Below the pieces are notes generated by a model. That model was not told where the DNA came from and did no database searches. It saw only the letters and a list, made by a program, of their open reading frames with translations. A DNA stretch of 64,000 nucleotides, taken from positions 192,001 to 256,000 of the forward strand of contig CAVYES010000007.1 of the NCBI GenBank assembly GCA_963767735.1, given 5' to 3'. This document shows, in pieces, positions 18,182 to 28,592 of this stretch. Position 1 is the first letter of the stretch, and each line of letters starts with the position of its first letter. A program made the position numbers and the translations under genes. The stretch is from Candidatus Bathyarchaeota archaeon (lineage in GTDB: Archaea > Thermoproteota > Bathyarchaeia > Bathyarchaeales > Bathycorpusculaceae).

Positions 18182-19708
18182 TTGAAAAATAACCTGTTTG
18201 AAATGGATGATTTGCAGATGGCGAATAATGATGTGGACGTACTCTTAACTGCTGATAGAACACTAATGAGCAATTACCACGGTAACGAATTTCTGGGCTT
18301 CGGTACGTGTGCTCCGTCCAACTTCATCCCTGACGTCTTATACAGTTACATGTTTTTTCCGCCGATAGGGACAAGCAAGGGGTTGCCGACCGCCGCGCCT
18401 TATGGATTAAGAAAAATCGAAGCTCAACTGCAGAAAGAAGGCTTTAACGTTTTAACAATTAGTCCACAGCATCTTCGAAAATACCTTAAAACCGCCAAAG
18501 TTATTGGCATTCACACTATGGACCCGTTTGGTTTCGGTCCGGCATCAACTACATTGGCATCTGTTTTTCATAAAGAGCCATTTTTAGCAAGGCACTTCCA
18601 TGCATTAGTAACCAGCCCCATCATCAGAGAAGCTAAAAGAAATGGAGTAAAGGTAATAGTGGGCGGTCCGGGTGCATGGCAGTTCCGCTACAGACCACAA
18701 CTCGTTGAAAAAAAAGTGATAGATTGCGTCGTAGAGGGAGAGGCAGAAAACGTTATAGGAAAAATTTTCAAAGCAGCCTTAAGCGGCGAGGTGCTCCAGT
18801 CTCATTATGAAGTTTTAGCTAAAGACGCACCTCGGCTGGAAGATATACCCGACATCACGCAGCCTTCCGTTAATGGTTTAATTGAGCTTGGAAGAGGCTG
18901 CTGCCGAGGATGTGAATTCTGCAATGTTACGCTCAGACCACTGCGTTGGTACCCTTACGACAAAATCATTCGGGAATTGGCTGTCAACGTTGAAGTTGGC
19001 AAACATCGTGTTATCTGTCTACATGCTGAAGACGTAATGCTATATGGTTCGCAAAATGCAGTTCCAAATGACGAAAAACTGCTGAAACTTCATGAGTTGG
19101 TCATGAGCAAGGTTCACGCGATTAGTTGGAGTCACTGCTCATTAGCAGCCGTAGCCTCAAAACCGAAGCTTGTCTCTAAACTCTCAGAAATTATACTTCA
19201 GAAGCAAGCATGGTGGGGAGCAGAAATCGGTGTTGAAACCGGTTCAGCTGAACTCGCCAAAAAAATCATGCCAGCAAAGGCACTTCCATTTAAGCCTGAA
19301 GAATGGCCTCAAGTTGCACGACAAGGGTTTGGAATAATGCACGATCACAAACTAATCCCTGCAGCAACGCTCATTGTTGGACTTCCTGAAGAAACTGAAG
19401 GCGATATTATTAAGACGATGGAACTTGTAGACGATGTTAAAGATTGCCGAAGCCTTATTGTACCTTTATTCTTTGTTCCGCTGGGTCGGCTGAAAAACAA
19501 GGATTGGTTCAGAGAAACAGAAGTGAATAAACTACATGAGCAACTAATGTTCCTATGCGCAGAGCACAGCATTCGCTGGGTTGACAATCTACTGGACATG
19601 TCATTCATGGATAAGGGGTATAGGGTTGCTTTGAAAGAATTTTACAAGGTCTTCGCGGGATTAGCAAAAAGGCAATTAAGACGCTCTGAAATTACAGAGT
19701 TACAGTGA
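18182..19708 (+). CDS. Radical SAM protein with B12-binding-like domain
   Basis: GRGCCRGCEFC (CX3CX2C), APYGLRKIEA, IVGGPGAWQ, GVETGS. Confidence 0.9.
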   Translation: MKNNLFEMDDLQMANNDVDVLLTADRTLMSNYHGNEFLGFGTCAPSNFIPDVLYSYMFFPPIGTSKGLPTAAPYGLRKIEAQLQKEGFNVLTISPQHLRKYLKTAKVIGIHTMDPFGFGPASTTLASVFHKEPFLARHFHALVTSPIIREAKRNGVKVIVGGPGAWQFRYRPQLVEKKVIDCVVEGEAENVIGKIFKAALSGEVLQSHYEVLAKDAPRLEDIPDITQPSVNGLIELGRGCCRGCEFCNVTLRPLRWYPYDKIIRELAVNVEVGKHRVICLHAEDVMLYGSQNAVPNDEKLLKLHELVMSKVHAISWSHCSLAAVASKPKLVSKLSEIILQKQAWWGAEIGVETGSAELAKKIMPAKALPFKPEEWPQVARQGFGIMHDHKLIPAATLIVGLPEETEGDIIKTMELVDDVKDCRSLIVPLFFVPLGRLKNKDWFRETEVNKLHEQLMFLCAEHSIRWVDNLLDMSFMDKGYRVALKEFYKVFAGLAKRQLRRSEITELQ

Positions 19709-19811
19709 AAAATCTTTGATTTTTCCTAACTTCTGCTATTTTTTTCTTTGTAACTGGGTTTGATTTGGTGTAACCTTATTATGCTCATTTTAATTCAGTA
19801 AATATGAGGCA

Positions 19812-20537
19812 GTGAAATTGTCAGAGGAGTCAGGCGCAAAAGAAGATTGCAAGATAACCGTTGTCGAGAATGGGCCCTATCTGGTTTCTGGAAGCATCCC
19901 ATTGTTTACTGCGATAATATCATGTGACGCACATGGGATTCCAGCTACATGGGTTATAGGAAAAAACTTGAAGACTACAGAAAATTATTTGTTATGCCGG
20001 TGCGGTCAATCCAAAAACAAGCCATTTTGCGACAGCAGCCACTTGAAAGTGAATTTTGACGGGACAGAAGCAAGTGACAATGAACCTTTCGAAAAAATGG
20101 CTAAGGAAATTGATGGTCCAGAATTAACGTTGAAGGATGCGGAAATTCTTTGTGCTTCAGCGCGTTTTTGCCATCGAGGCGGGGATATTTGGGATGCAAT
20201 TCCCAGGTCAAACAACCCGACTGTAAAGAAAAACGCGATAGAAAACGCCTTCGATTGCCCATCAGGCAGGCTTGTAGTTTTAGATAAGACAACGGGCAGG
20301 ATACTTGAGTCTGCTTTAGACAAGTCAATAGGCATAATTGAGGATCCAAGTAAAGGCGTAAGTGGGCCATTTTGGATTCGCGGTGGAATTCCAATCTACT
20401 CGGCAGATGGCAAACTCTATGAAGTGCGAAACCGCGTGACGCTTTGCCGTTGCGGAAAATCCACAAATAAACCGTTTTGCGATAGCAGTCATTATCCAGA
20501 AGAGTCGGACAGAGAACCCGCTAGAGAGGTGAAATAG
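19812..20537 (+). CDS. Double CDGSH iron-sulfur protein with a central divergent 4Fe-4S-type domain
   Basis: Two LCRCG.S.NKPFCDSSH motifs, NGPY/SGPF; central CASARFC...CPSG. Confidence 0.9.
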   Translation: MKLSEESGAKEDCKITVVENGPYLVSGSIPLFTAIISCDAHGIPATWVIGKNLKTTENYLLCRCGQSKNKPFCDSSHLKVNFDGTEASDNEPFEKMAKEIDGPELTLKDAEILCASARFCHRGGDIWDAIPRSNNPTVKKNAIENAFDCPSGRLVVLDKTTGRILESALDKSIGIIEDPSKGVSGPFWIRGGIPIYSADGKLYEVRNRVTLCRCGKSTNKPFCDSSHYPEESDREPAREVK

Positions 20538-20539
20538 AA

Positions 20540-20866
20540 ATGAGTAAAAGACAGCGAGAGCAAACGGAAGAAAACATTGAAGACATTTTGAAGTCTAAAG
20601 ATAAGGCATTTGTGCTCTTCTATGCTTCATGGTGCCCATATTCCCAAGAATTCCTTCCCGTTTTTAAAGAATACGCCAAAGCCAATCCGCAAGAATGCAT
20701 AAGCGTTGTGATCGATGACAAACCAGACCTATGCGACAAATATGCAATCGAATACTACCCTACTGTGCTTCTTTTTAAAAAGGGAATGGTGCACAAAAGA
20801 CTTGATGCCACGCCGGGAGCGGGATTAACAAAGAAGGAACTGTTAGAACTTACCAAAAATCCATGA
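20540..20866 (+). CDS. Thioredoxin-fold protein with a CPYS site
   Basis: FYASWCPYS, YPT cis-Pro motif. Confidence 0.85.
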   Translation: MSKRQREQTEENIEDILKSKDKAFVLFYASWCPYSQEFLPVFKEYAKANPQECISVVIDDKPDLCDKYAIEYYPTVLLFKKGMVHKRLDATPGAGLTKKELLELTKNP

Positions 20867-20960
20867 AACGTATTGCGGCAACAGGAAACAATTTTGCATT
20901 CCAAGCTCGCTTCCGCAAAAGTATTTATAATTACCGCCATCAAGCAACTAAGTTTTGGGT

Positions 20961-21713
20961 TTATTTCCATTTAGTTAGTATTTCTTCTCTTTGGAAAGTT
21001 GCTTTGGCTAGGTAGAACAATGTGACGTCTACGACGGCTATTACTGCGGAAACTGCTAAGACGAGCAGGATAATGGGGAATGTGGTGAGTTCGATTGCAA
21101 AAACCAGCAGAAGTATCAGGGGGATAACGACGTATGTCCCGAGCTGCTGAGCTGCACGTATGTCGTTTACCCTGGAAGATATGATGACGTTGGCTTCGAC
21201 ACTTAAAACGCAGGCTAAAGGCGCCAGGACACCCAGTATTACTGCAAAATCTGTGTTCGGAAGCAAGAATAACCCGAATTTAATGTAGGACCAAACATCC
21301 ATTATTGTTAGGAATATTGCTGTGCCAATGTAAGTTACGCCCATAGTTGGGAGGAAGGTGGCTAAGCTTTTGCCCAACAGTAGCTCGCCATCTGTCGTCG
21401 GAGTAGCCAATAAGGGTTCAAGGCTTTTTTCGATTTTTTCGCCTACAATGCTGTACGAACCCATTATCGCAGGGAGAATTACGGGTATTATAACAAAATA
21501 CATCGAACCTGTGATTGCGACCGTATTAGCAGCACTAATGAATTGAACTCGTGTAAGTGTGGATGCTTGGGCTTCTAACGCATATGTGAGAATAAGGGGA
21601 AGTACCACGCCTGCGGCGAAGGGTAGGGCAATTAAGGAGTAGAGGATGTACTTGTTTTTCTTGAATACACTCAAGTCTTTTGAAGTTACTATCCATGACT
21701 TCCATAATCTCAT
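20961..21713 (-). CDS. ABC-2 type transporter permease
   Basis: SIVGEKIEKSLEPLLATP...LLLGK motif; multi-TM. Confidence 0.9.
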   Translation of the reverse strand: MRLWKSWIVTSKDLSVFKKNKYILYSLIALPFAAGVVLPLILTYALEAQASTLTRVQFISAANTVAITGSMYFVIIPVILPAIMGSYSIVGEKIEKSLEPLLATPTTDGELLLGKSLATFLPTMGVTYIGTAIFLTIMDVWSYIKFGLFLLPNTDFAVILGVLAPLACVLSVEANVIISSRVNDIRAAQQLGTYVVIPLILLLVFAIELTTFPIILLVLAVSAVIAVVDVTLFYLAKATFQREEILTKWK

Positions 21714-22639
21714 TACGCCGTCGCCTCCCGGATCAATTTCAAGTAGACATCTTCAAGGGTTGACCGCAACTCCGTTACGTATTGGATGTTTCCGCCCGCC
21801 GCTACAATCGCCCGCACCAACTCAGGATTATCTTTCTCTGGATCATCAATTTCGAGAATTAACTTATTGTCGCTGGTTTTCACGTTCTTCACCGCACTCA
21901 GCCCCTTAACAGCAGCTAAAACCGGGCTGGTGACGCCGTCCAGATGGACTATGGTTTTTCGATTGTATAAGCTGTGCTCCAAGTTTTTGGGTGAGTCAAC
22001 CGCAATTAGACGAGTTTTCAGGATGGCGATGCGGTCGCAGAGCCGCTCTGCTTCGTCTAGGTTGTGAGTGTTCAGGAAGATAGTGCGTTTCTCTTTTTTG
22101 AGGCCCAGAACAAAGTCCCGAACTGTTTTTGAGGCTTCCGGGTCCAAATTCGCTGTAGGTTCATCCAGAAACAACACTTGAGGGTCATGGATTAGGGCGC
22201 GGGCGATGGCGATTTTCTGTTTGGTGCCTTTTGAGAATGTGCCGACGGCGTCTTCTCTACGCTCCCAGATGCCCAGCAGCCGCAGGAGATGTTCAATGTT
22301 TTCCCGCCGCTTCGCTTCAGGAACCTCATAGAGTTTTCCGTAAAAGTCAAGGTTGCGGTAGGCACTTAAACTGTCGTATAAACCGACGTTTTCGGGCAAT
22401 ATGCCAACCATTTTTCTTATCTTGAGACAGTCAGCTTCATTGTCAACGGCAAAGTCGCCAATGCGGGCGTTACCGCTGGTTTTGCCGATTAAACAGCAGA
22501 GCATGCGCACAGTGGTGGTTTTTCCTGCGCCGTTGGGTCCAAGAAAACCAAAAACCTCACCCTCATCCACGTGCAGGGTGAGGTTATCTACAGCTGCTAG
22601 ATTGCCGAATTTTCGGGTGAGATTCTCGGTGTCAATCAT
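21713..22639 (-). CDS. ABC transporter ATP-binding protein
   Basis: GPNGAGKTT, FSKG, LFLDEPT, TH. Confidence 0.95.
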   Translation of the reverse strand: MIDTENLTRKFGNLAAVDNLTLHVDEGEVFGFLGPNGAGKTTTVRMLCCLIGKTSGNARIGDFAVDNEADCLKIRKMVGILPENVGLYDSLSAYRNLDFYGKLYEVPEAKRRENIEHLLRLLGIWERREDAVGTFSKGTKQKIAIARALIHDPQVLFLDEPTANLDPEASKTVRDFVLGLKKEKRTIFLNTHNLDEAERLCDRIAILKTRLIAVDSPKNLEHSLYNRKTIVHLDGVTSPVLAAVKGLSAVKNVKTSDNKLILEIDDPEKDNPELVRAIVAAGGNIQYVTELRSTLEDVYLKLIREATA

Positions 22640-22667
22640 GCCCTACTCTATCCAACATCAATTAGGT

Positions 22668-22937
22668 TTAAGCTTTTTCGTATTTAGATTCTTCTATACG
22701 CTTCTTTTCCAGCTCTTCCTCGGTTGGTTGAGTTTCAACGGTTTGCTGTTCTTGGCTTTTTTCTCGCTCAGGATAAGTGATTTGATCTTTGACAGAGGAC
22801 ATTAGGTTAAAGAAGCTACGTTTCCCACAGGCAGGACACTTGTATAACCTCAAAGGCCCAAGGCGCACAGCTGAATCAAATGGTGCATAATTTTTTTCGA
22901 AGACGGCTCCACATTTCTTGCATTTTAGCCTAGCCAT
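22668..22937 (-). CDS. Small zinc-ribbon protein
   Basis: CKKC...CPAC followed by a charged tail. Confidence 0.7.
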   Translation of the reverse strand: MARLKCKKCGAVFEKNYAPFDSAVRLGPLRLYKCPACGKRSFFNLMSSVKDQITYPEREKSQEQQTVETQPTEEELEKKRIEESKYEKA

Positions 22938-23119
22938 GCTGAATCAACGTAAGTCATTTCTCAATGTTAGATTAAAGTTTACCTGACAGGTAAAATCTTT
23001 TGCCATAAATTTAATCAACATGCCTGTTATGTTAGCATATTCTTTGGGTTAAGCCGTCGATAAATTGAAGGCTCGCTTGGTAGTTAATCTTTTTTAGATT
23101 GACCTGTTTGTTTTGAGAT

Positions 23120-24361
23120 ATGACTACTGCCATTTTTTGGCGCAGGGATGTACTTTCAAACGGTTTAAGAGTTCTACTATTCCCACGGCAATCTGCAAAT
23201 ACGACGCAATTATCAATCGCTGTTGAATATGGGTCGAATCAAGAACCCGAAGAAATAGCCGGATCCGCCCATTTCCTTGAGCACATGCTGGCGGGAGGTT
23301 CAACAAAACGAATTCAACTGTCTCGAGGAATCGAAAATTCCGGCGGAATTTTAGACTTTTACACCGAACACGAGTATATGATGAGCACCATGAATATCTT
23401 GCCCATTAAGTTAGCTGAAGCTTCTTTTGTCCTTTCCGAATTGCTTTTTAGCCACAGTTTTGAAGAAGAAAAATTCAAACAAGAACGCAAAATAATTCTA
23501 AACGAACTAGCGGAATCCTCAGATGACCCGACAGAACAAGTTGAAGAATTGTTGCTTAAGAGTTTATTTAAAAAGCATCCTGTGAAGCGTCCAATTGGCG
23601 GTTTCTCAAAAACCATAAAACAATTAAATTTAAATCAACTGCGCAATACACATGAAACAAATTATATTCCTCAAAACATGATATTGATATTAACGGGTAG
23701 TTTCTCTGAAAAAGAAAGTGAAATAATCCTTAAAGATTTTGAGAGCAAAACTACCGAGAAAACGCTTTTAAGAAAGACAACTCCCGTTGAATTGGGTAAT
23801 CCTGAGCCGCTGGTTATAAAGAAAAAACCGGGATTAGCACAAACATATCTGAGCATCGGGGCTAGGACGGTTAGTTCAAGTCAAAAAGACGCACCTGAGT
23901 TAGATGTGTTAAGTGCATTACTTGGTGGAGGCAATAGCTCAAGATTATTTATAGAACTGCGTGAAAAGAACGCCTTTACTTATGATGTCAATTCGTACAA
24001 TGACGTAGGTGTAGATTTTGGTTACTTCAGCATCAACTGCGCCGTGAAAAATAAAAATTTGGTTAAAACAAAGGAAATAATCCTTAAAGAATTATCTAAA
24101 CTGAGAATGGAAAAAATTCGAAACGATGAACTTGAAAGAAGCAAAAACTTGATTATTGCGGATATTCTCAGGGGAATAGATAATCCTCAGGAAACCTCAG
24201 AAATTCTTGCTTATATGGAAATACAATTTAACAGTGAGACATCATTAGTAGACTACATCAGCAAAATCCAGGCAGTTTCAAATGAGAATATAATGGATGC
24301 TGCCAACACTTACCTTCAGGAAGATAATCTTTCAACAGTTCTTCTTAGCCCAAAAAAATAA
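23120..24361 (+). CDS. M16 (pitrilysin-family) zinc peptidase
   Basis: LSNGLRV, HFLEH, SSRLFIELREK. Confidence 0.92.
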   Translation: MTTAIFWRRDVLSNGLRVLLFPRQSANTTQLSIAVEYGSNQEPEEIAGSAHFLEHMLAGGSTKRIQLSRGIENSGGILDFYTEHEYMMSTMNILPIKLAEASFVLSELLFSHSFEEEKFKQERKIILNELAESSDDPTEQVEELLLKSLFKKHPVKRPIGGFSKTIKQLNLNQLRNTHETNYIPQNMILILTGSFSEKESEIILKDFESKTTEKTLLRKTTPVELGNPEPLVIKKKPGLAQTYLSIGARTVSSSQKDAPELDVLSALLGGGNSSRLFIELREKNAFTYDVNSYNDVGVDFGYFSINCAVKNKNLVKTKEIILKELSKLRMEKIRNDELERSKNLIIADILRGIDNPQETSEILAYMEIQFNSETSLVDYISKIQAVSNENIMDAANTYLQEDNLSTVLLSPKK

Positions 24362-24422
24362 TTTACTTCTTTATGAGATAATTGTGGAAGTAGTTTTTTC
24401 AAGCTACTATTGTTAATGAGGT

Positions 24423-24548
24423 GCCGTTTGGCAGACTCCTCTAACTGCCTGAAAGGATGCCCAGAAATACACATTTGGGAGCCTAAGCCCCATAGTGCAG
24501 ATTTGGGACGGAGCCATATCTTGGCAGCAGGTTTGTCTACCAAACGAC
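24423..24548 (-). ncRNA. Candidate rod-like structured non-coding RNA or element
   Basis: 14-bp closing stem GTCGTTTGGTAGAC/GTCTGCCAAACGGC with nested helices up to a C(TTAG)G loop; GC-rich block in an AT-rich intergenic region. Confidence 0.55.
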
Positions 24549-24707
24549 TCGTTCAGTTCGTCGCCAATATCCTAACGTGATTAAAAGGAAAATAAGGGTT
24601 TGCGGTAGTGCCATGGCAGTCACAAGCAACCTGCAAGCTTTCGCTGAATAGATTTAACTATAAATAAGGAGCTATAGTTTTTGTTAACTCTTGAGGCGAA
24701 ATAGAAG

Positions 24708-25037
24708 TTGAATTTGGAAGAGATGAAGAAGCAAATAGAATCTCTTGTAATAGCAAAAGGATTTTACAATAACCCCGAGGATATTCCAAAGAAACTGCTC
24801 TTCGCTTTCATAGAGCTGGGCGAAGCTAGCGATGCTTGGAAAAAAGGATTGACTGAAGAAAAAATAGCTGAAGAACTAATCGACGTGATGTTTTATGTTT
24901 TAGATGCAAGCCGCTTAGCCTGCCCAAACATGAACCTCGACGAAGTATTCCAAAAAAAACTTGAAAAAAACTTTAACCGCCCGTTCCAATACGGCGAAGG
25001 CCACCGCAAGAAACAGTCAGAAGAAAACAAAAAGTAA
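24708..25037 (+). CDS. MazG-like nucleotide pyrophosphohydrolase
   Basis: IELGEASDAWKK...AEELIDV...KKLEKN..R. Confidence 0.85.
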   Translation: MNLEEMKKQIESLVIAKGFYNNPEDIPKKLLFAFIELGEASDAWKKGLTEEKIAEELIDVMFYVLDASRLACPNMNLDEVFQKKLEKNFNRPFQYGEGHRKKQSEENKK

Positions 25038-25051
25038 CAGACGAAGTTTTT

Positions 25052-25510
25052 ATGGCACCTCTTTCAAGTAGTTGTGGACCAAAAGTGGACTTTACTTATC
25101 CTGTTTACATACAGTTTGATTGCAATAGATGTGGTTTATGCTGCTGTGACACAAAACAAAAAACTAGGCATATTCTTCTTTTAGAAGCTGAAGCCAAAAA
25201 GATTGCCTCTCATACCTCTCGGCCCATACTTGATTTTTCAGTGGAAAATAAGGATCAGCTTCCCTACGTTTATGAAATGAAAAAGACATGCGAAGGCAAA
25301 TGCATCTACTTAAAACGTAATCAATGCAGCATTTACCCATTAAGGCCTTTAATCTGCAGGTTTTACCCCTTTGAGTTAAAATTCGACGAGAAGAAAGGTT
25401 TGCATAATTTTGATTTTACGTTTGAGTGCCCAGGAATAAACCAAGGCAAACTTATAGGTGAAAAAGATTTTAAAAAATTGTTCAAGTTGGCGCAAGAAAG
25501 CTTAGAATGA
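25052..25510 (+). CDS. YkgJ-family (CxxCxxCC) cysteine-cluster protein
   Basis: CNRCGLCC, C..L....CSIY..RP.ICR.YPF, CPG. Confidence 0.88.
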   Translation: MAPLSSSCGPKVDFTYPVYIQFDCNRCGLCCCDTKQKTRHILLLEAEAKKIASHTSRPILDFSVENKDQLPYVYEMKKTCEGKCIYLKRNQCSIYPLRPLICRFYPFELKFDEKKGLHNFDFTFECPGINQGKLIGEKDFKKLFKLAQESLE

Positions 25511-25518
25511 GGCTATCA

Positions 25519-25983
25519 CTAGAGTTGTTGGAGCACATCGGGCTGTTCTAAAATGATGCCGCAGTAATGACACTTTAATGACAAGGGCTCCTCGTTTTTA
25601 ACGTAAAACTTTGACACTACTGGTTCTTCGCTGTTACTTATACAACACGGATTTACGCATTTAACTATCCCTTTAATAGCTTTCGGTAATTTAACTTCCA
25701 GCTTTTCAACAACCTTGTAATTATGGATAATGTTGATTGATGCGTGAGGAGCAACCAAAGCAATCCTGTTAACTTCCTGCGAGTTAAGTGCTCTACCCTC
25801 AAACTTCACAATGTCCTTAACTCCGAAGCGTTTGCTTGGAATATTAATTGCAATAGTGATTACCCGTTTTTCCTTACCGGTAATTCCTAAAATCTTGATG
25901 ACGTCCAACGCGTATCCACCTCTAATGTGGTCGATAACTGTACCATCTTTGATTTTTGACACCCGAAGTTCCATTTCGCTCAT
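25519..25983 (-). CDS. pyrI: Aspartate carbamoyltransferase regulatory chain
   Basis: KIKDGTVIDHI, KDIVK, C.NP.CISN..EPV, CHYC. Confidence 0.95.
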   Translation of the reverse strand: MSEMELRVSKIKDGTVIDHIRGGYALDVIKILGITGKEKRVITIAINIPSKRFGVKDIVKFEGRALNSQEVNRIALVAPHASINIIHNYKVVEKLEVKLPKAIKGIVKCVNPCCISNSEEPVVSKFYVKNEEPLSLKCHYCGIILEQPDVLQQL

Positions 25984-26055
25984 TTGAATCCTTGTCCAGT
26001 AAAAGACTATTGCATCCGGCACCAAATAAGATTTTACATTAAAAATGGGGGACTA

Positions 26056-26778
26056 TTATAGGCGAGATGAACGCAGGTCAATGACAGTTGTACCGGCAAA
26101 CTTGTCAAAGTACCTCATGAATGTGGGATTTTTGAGTCGCCACCCAATAAGCAAGTCAAAGGGCAACAGAGGCAAAATTTTCCCAAAGTTCCTAACTGCT
26201 GCATGGTCATAGAACATTTTCTTTCCGTCAGTTCTAACGACCTTCAAACCCATAATGCGCTTGCCTATGGTTTGACTGTTGAATCCTTCAAGCAAAGTAG
26301 AGTAAAGCCAAAGAAGCCCCACGGTAATGAAAAGCACTGTACCGGTTAAAGCAGTTAAAAAGGTTGGTACCGACATAGAAAGGACCTGAGGCAGAAAAAT
26401 TATCGCCATCGTAATTGCGAGTATTAATGCGAAATCGATTAGAAAAGCAAAAATTCTGTTTTTTAATGAAGCAAGCGGAAGTTGGCTTTCTTTTCTTTGT
26501 ACATCCGCCACTTCTGCCCAACCTTCCACGTCATGGATAACTCTTACTGCGCTTTCACCAGCCCTGCTTAACTTATACTTACCAGTAGGGGTTTGCTCTA
26601 TGAAAACCTCTAACGAGCGAAGGTGAAAACTTAATTTTCCCGTATCAACCTTTAGCAAATTCAGCAGTTCAGTGAAAGATGACTCGCCTTTTTCGCTCAG
26701 GTTAAGCAGTATTTCACGTCGTAAAGGATGGGAAAGGATCGAAAGTATCTTTGAAATATGTTCTTGATCTACTGCCAT
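26056..26778 (-). CDS. ArsR-type HTH fused to an RDD membrane domain
   Basis: LSHPLRREIL...GKLSFHL; RIFAFLID, QTIGKRIMGLKVV, DKFAGTTV. Confidence 0.85.
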   Translation of the reverse strand: MAVDQEHISKILSILSHPLRREILLNLSEKGESSFTELLNLLKVDTGKLSFHLRSLEVFIEQTPTGKYKLSRAGESAVRVIHDVEGWAEVADVQRKESQLPLASLKNRIFAFLIDFALILAITMAIIFLPQVLSMSVPTFLTALTGTVLFITVGLLWLYSTLLEGFNSQTIGKRIMGLKVVRTDGKKMFYDHAAVRNFGKILPLLPFDLLIGWRLKNPTFMRYFDKFAGTTVIDLRSSRL

Positions 26779-26936
26779 GTTTCAGAACCAAATATTATGT
26801 TAACTTGTTAATTATGGGCGGTTTTGGCATATTTAACAGTATTCTTACAGTACTGCCATATAAGTCCAACCCAAAAAACTCGGGTAATGTTAGGGAAAAC
26901 ATAGTCTTTAAGTGAAAAGAAGCTATAATTTACGTT

Positions 26937-27836
26937 GTGTCAAGCGCTGAAGTGGCAGTTAAGGTATTCCGACAACTTGAAAGTGAAGATTTCAGAATAC
27001 TAAACATAATCGAATCCGCTATGAGCAAACGTGAATTTGTACCAGTAGAGCAAATAAAAAAATATGCAAAACTGCCAATGGACCGCATAGAATTTACTTT
27101 AGGCAAACTAAACAAGCTGGGATTAATATACAGATCAAAAGGAGCTTACGTTGGACACACCTTGAACTATGCAGGCTACGATTCCCTGGCGATAAATACC
27201 CTTGTCAAAGCAGGCGTAATTGACTCGTTTGGGGGAAGTCTTGGGGTTGGGAAAGAAGCGGATGTTTATGACGCATTAAGTTCCAGTGGCAAACGTATAG
27301 CAGTGAAATTTCACAGACTAGGCAGAATAAGTTTTAGGCAAACGAGAAGAAAAAGAGGCTACATACGAGAGCATTCCACGTGGCTTTTCCAATCGCATGT
27401 CTCAGCAGAAAAAGAGTTCCAAGCGATGCAACTTGTTTACAAAAACGGCGTTTCAGTGCCAGAACCAATAAGCCAAAACAGGCATGTTATTGCCATGGGA
27501 ATGATTGAAGGCGCAGAATTATCCAAATACAAAGAAATTTCAAAGCCGGAAAAAATCTTAAAAGAAATATTGCGCAATGTTAGGAAGGCGTACTTGAAAG
27601 CGCATGTTATTCACGCAGATCTCAGCGAATACAACATCATCCTAAAACCCGATGGGCACATACTCATTATTGACTGGCCCCAATACGTGATGTTTAATCA
27701 TGCGAACGCGCAGGATTTGCTTGAGCGAGACCTTAAAAACGTGCTTACTTTTTTCAACCGCAAGTTTAATGTAAAAGTAGCTATTGAAGAAGCCTGCGAT
27801 TATGTAACTGGGAAAACCAGAAGTCTGGTTATTTAA
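26937..27836 (+). CDS. rio2: RIO2 serine/threonine kinase
   Basis: N-terminal wHTH, GVGKEADVY, KFHRLGRISF, HADLSEYNI, IDWPQ. Confidence 0.95.
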   Translation: MSSAEVAVKVFRQLESEDFRILNIIESAMSKREFVPVEQIKKYAKLPMDRIEFTLGKLNKLGLIYRSKGAYVGHTLNYAGYDSLAINTLVKAGVIDSFGGSLGVGKEADVYDALSSSGKRIAVKFHRLGRISFRQTRRKRGYIREHSTWLFQSHVSAEKEFQAMQLVYKNGVSVPEPISQNRHVIAMGMIEGAELSKYKEISKPEKILKEILRNVRKAYLKAHVIHADLSEYNIILKPDGHILIIDWPQYVMFNHANAQDLLERDLKNVLTFFNRKFNVKVAIEEACDYVTGKTRSLVI

Positions 27837-28078
27837 TGTTTATCTGCGTCTAGCACGATGTAGAGAACGTTGTTTCCGCGAAGCAGCACATTGCCATAGT
27901 TTGTCATCAATTGTTCATCTTTGGACTCGTTTGCGCCTTCAAGAAGAATATTCATGTGCCCGTCACATTTTATCATTTTTCCCTTATAGTCATAACCGTT
28001 TTTGAGAATAACTTCAATATTTCCGTGCAACTGTTTTATGAGAACATTCAACGGTTTCTTACTTGGTTCCATCGTCAT
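27833..28078 (-). CDS. Sm-like (LSm) RNA-binding protein
   Basis: KPLNVL, LKNG..Y.G....DGHMN..L, LRGNNV. Confidence 0.92.
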   Translation of the reverse strand: MTMEPSKKPLNVLIKQLHGNIEVILKNGYDYKGKMIKCDGHMNILLEGANESKDEQLMTNYGNVLLRGNNVLYIVLDADKH

Positions 28079-28268
28079 AATTATCGTGTCCTAGTATATT
28101 GTTTGTAATATCCATGAACCTATGACCCAATATAAAAGCCTTATGAAAACCATTAGCGCAACTGAAAATAAAAGCCTCATTTAAGGTCTTTGGTAAAAGT
28201 TATGGAAAGCGTTCGTCAGCTAAATGGCTAAAAAAAGAGACTTGGGGTAGATGCTTGTACAGGGCATT

Positions 28269-28522
28269 TTAGATTCTGGACAGTAGTGATAAGAGTGCAA
28301 CTACTAGGAAAGCAATGCCAGTCCAAAACAAGTCACCACCAGTAAGGAAATACACGATGCTGCAACTATAATTGCTGGAATCAGAATTAGAAAAAGTTTT
28401 ATCAGAATTATTATTATCAAGCCAATTATGACCAGAATGATAAGAAATGGAATGCTAATTGCGCCAAGCCCCAAGCTGCTTAGAACAGAACATATTATCG
28501 GTAAAAACAATGCGAAGTTCAT
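28269..28522 (-). CDS. Small hydrophobic membrane protein with an apparent frameshift near 28357
   Basis: Hydrophobic ORF continues in another frame as VYFLTGGDLFWTGIAFLVVALLSLLSRI*. Confidence 0.6.
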
Positions 28523-28592
28523 GAGTTATCCTCAATAAAAATGTGTTGAATGCAAGTAATATACATTTTTGCCGCGGCTTGTCGGTAAAAAT

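Noticed and set aside
24316-24543. 75-aa minus-strand ORF
   Set aside because: Overlaps the M16 gene end and is better explained by the structured RNA candidate
25519-25983. pyrI without adjacent pyrB
   Set aside because: Separated pyrB and pyrI are common in archaea
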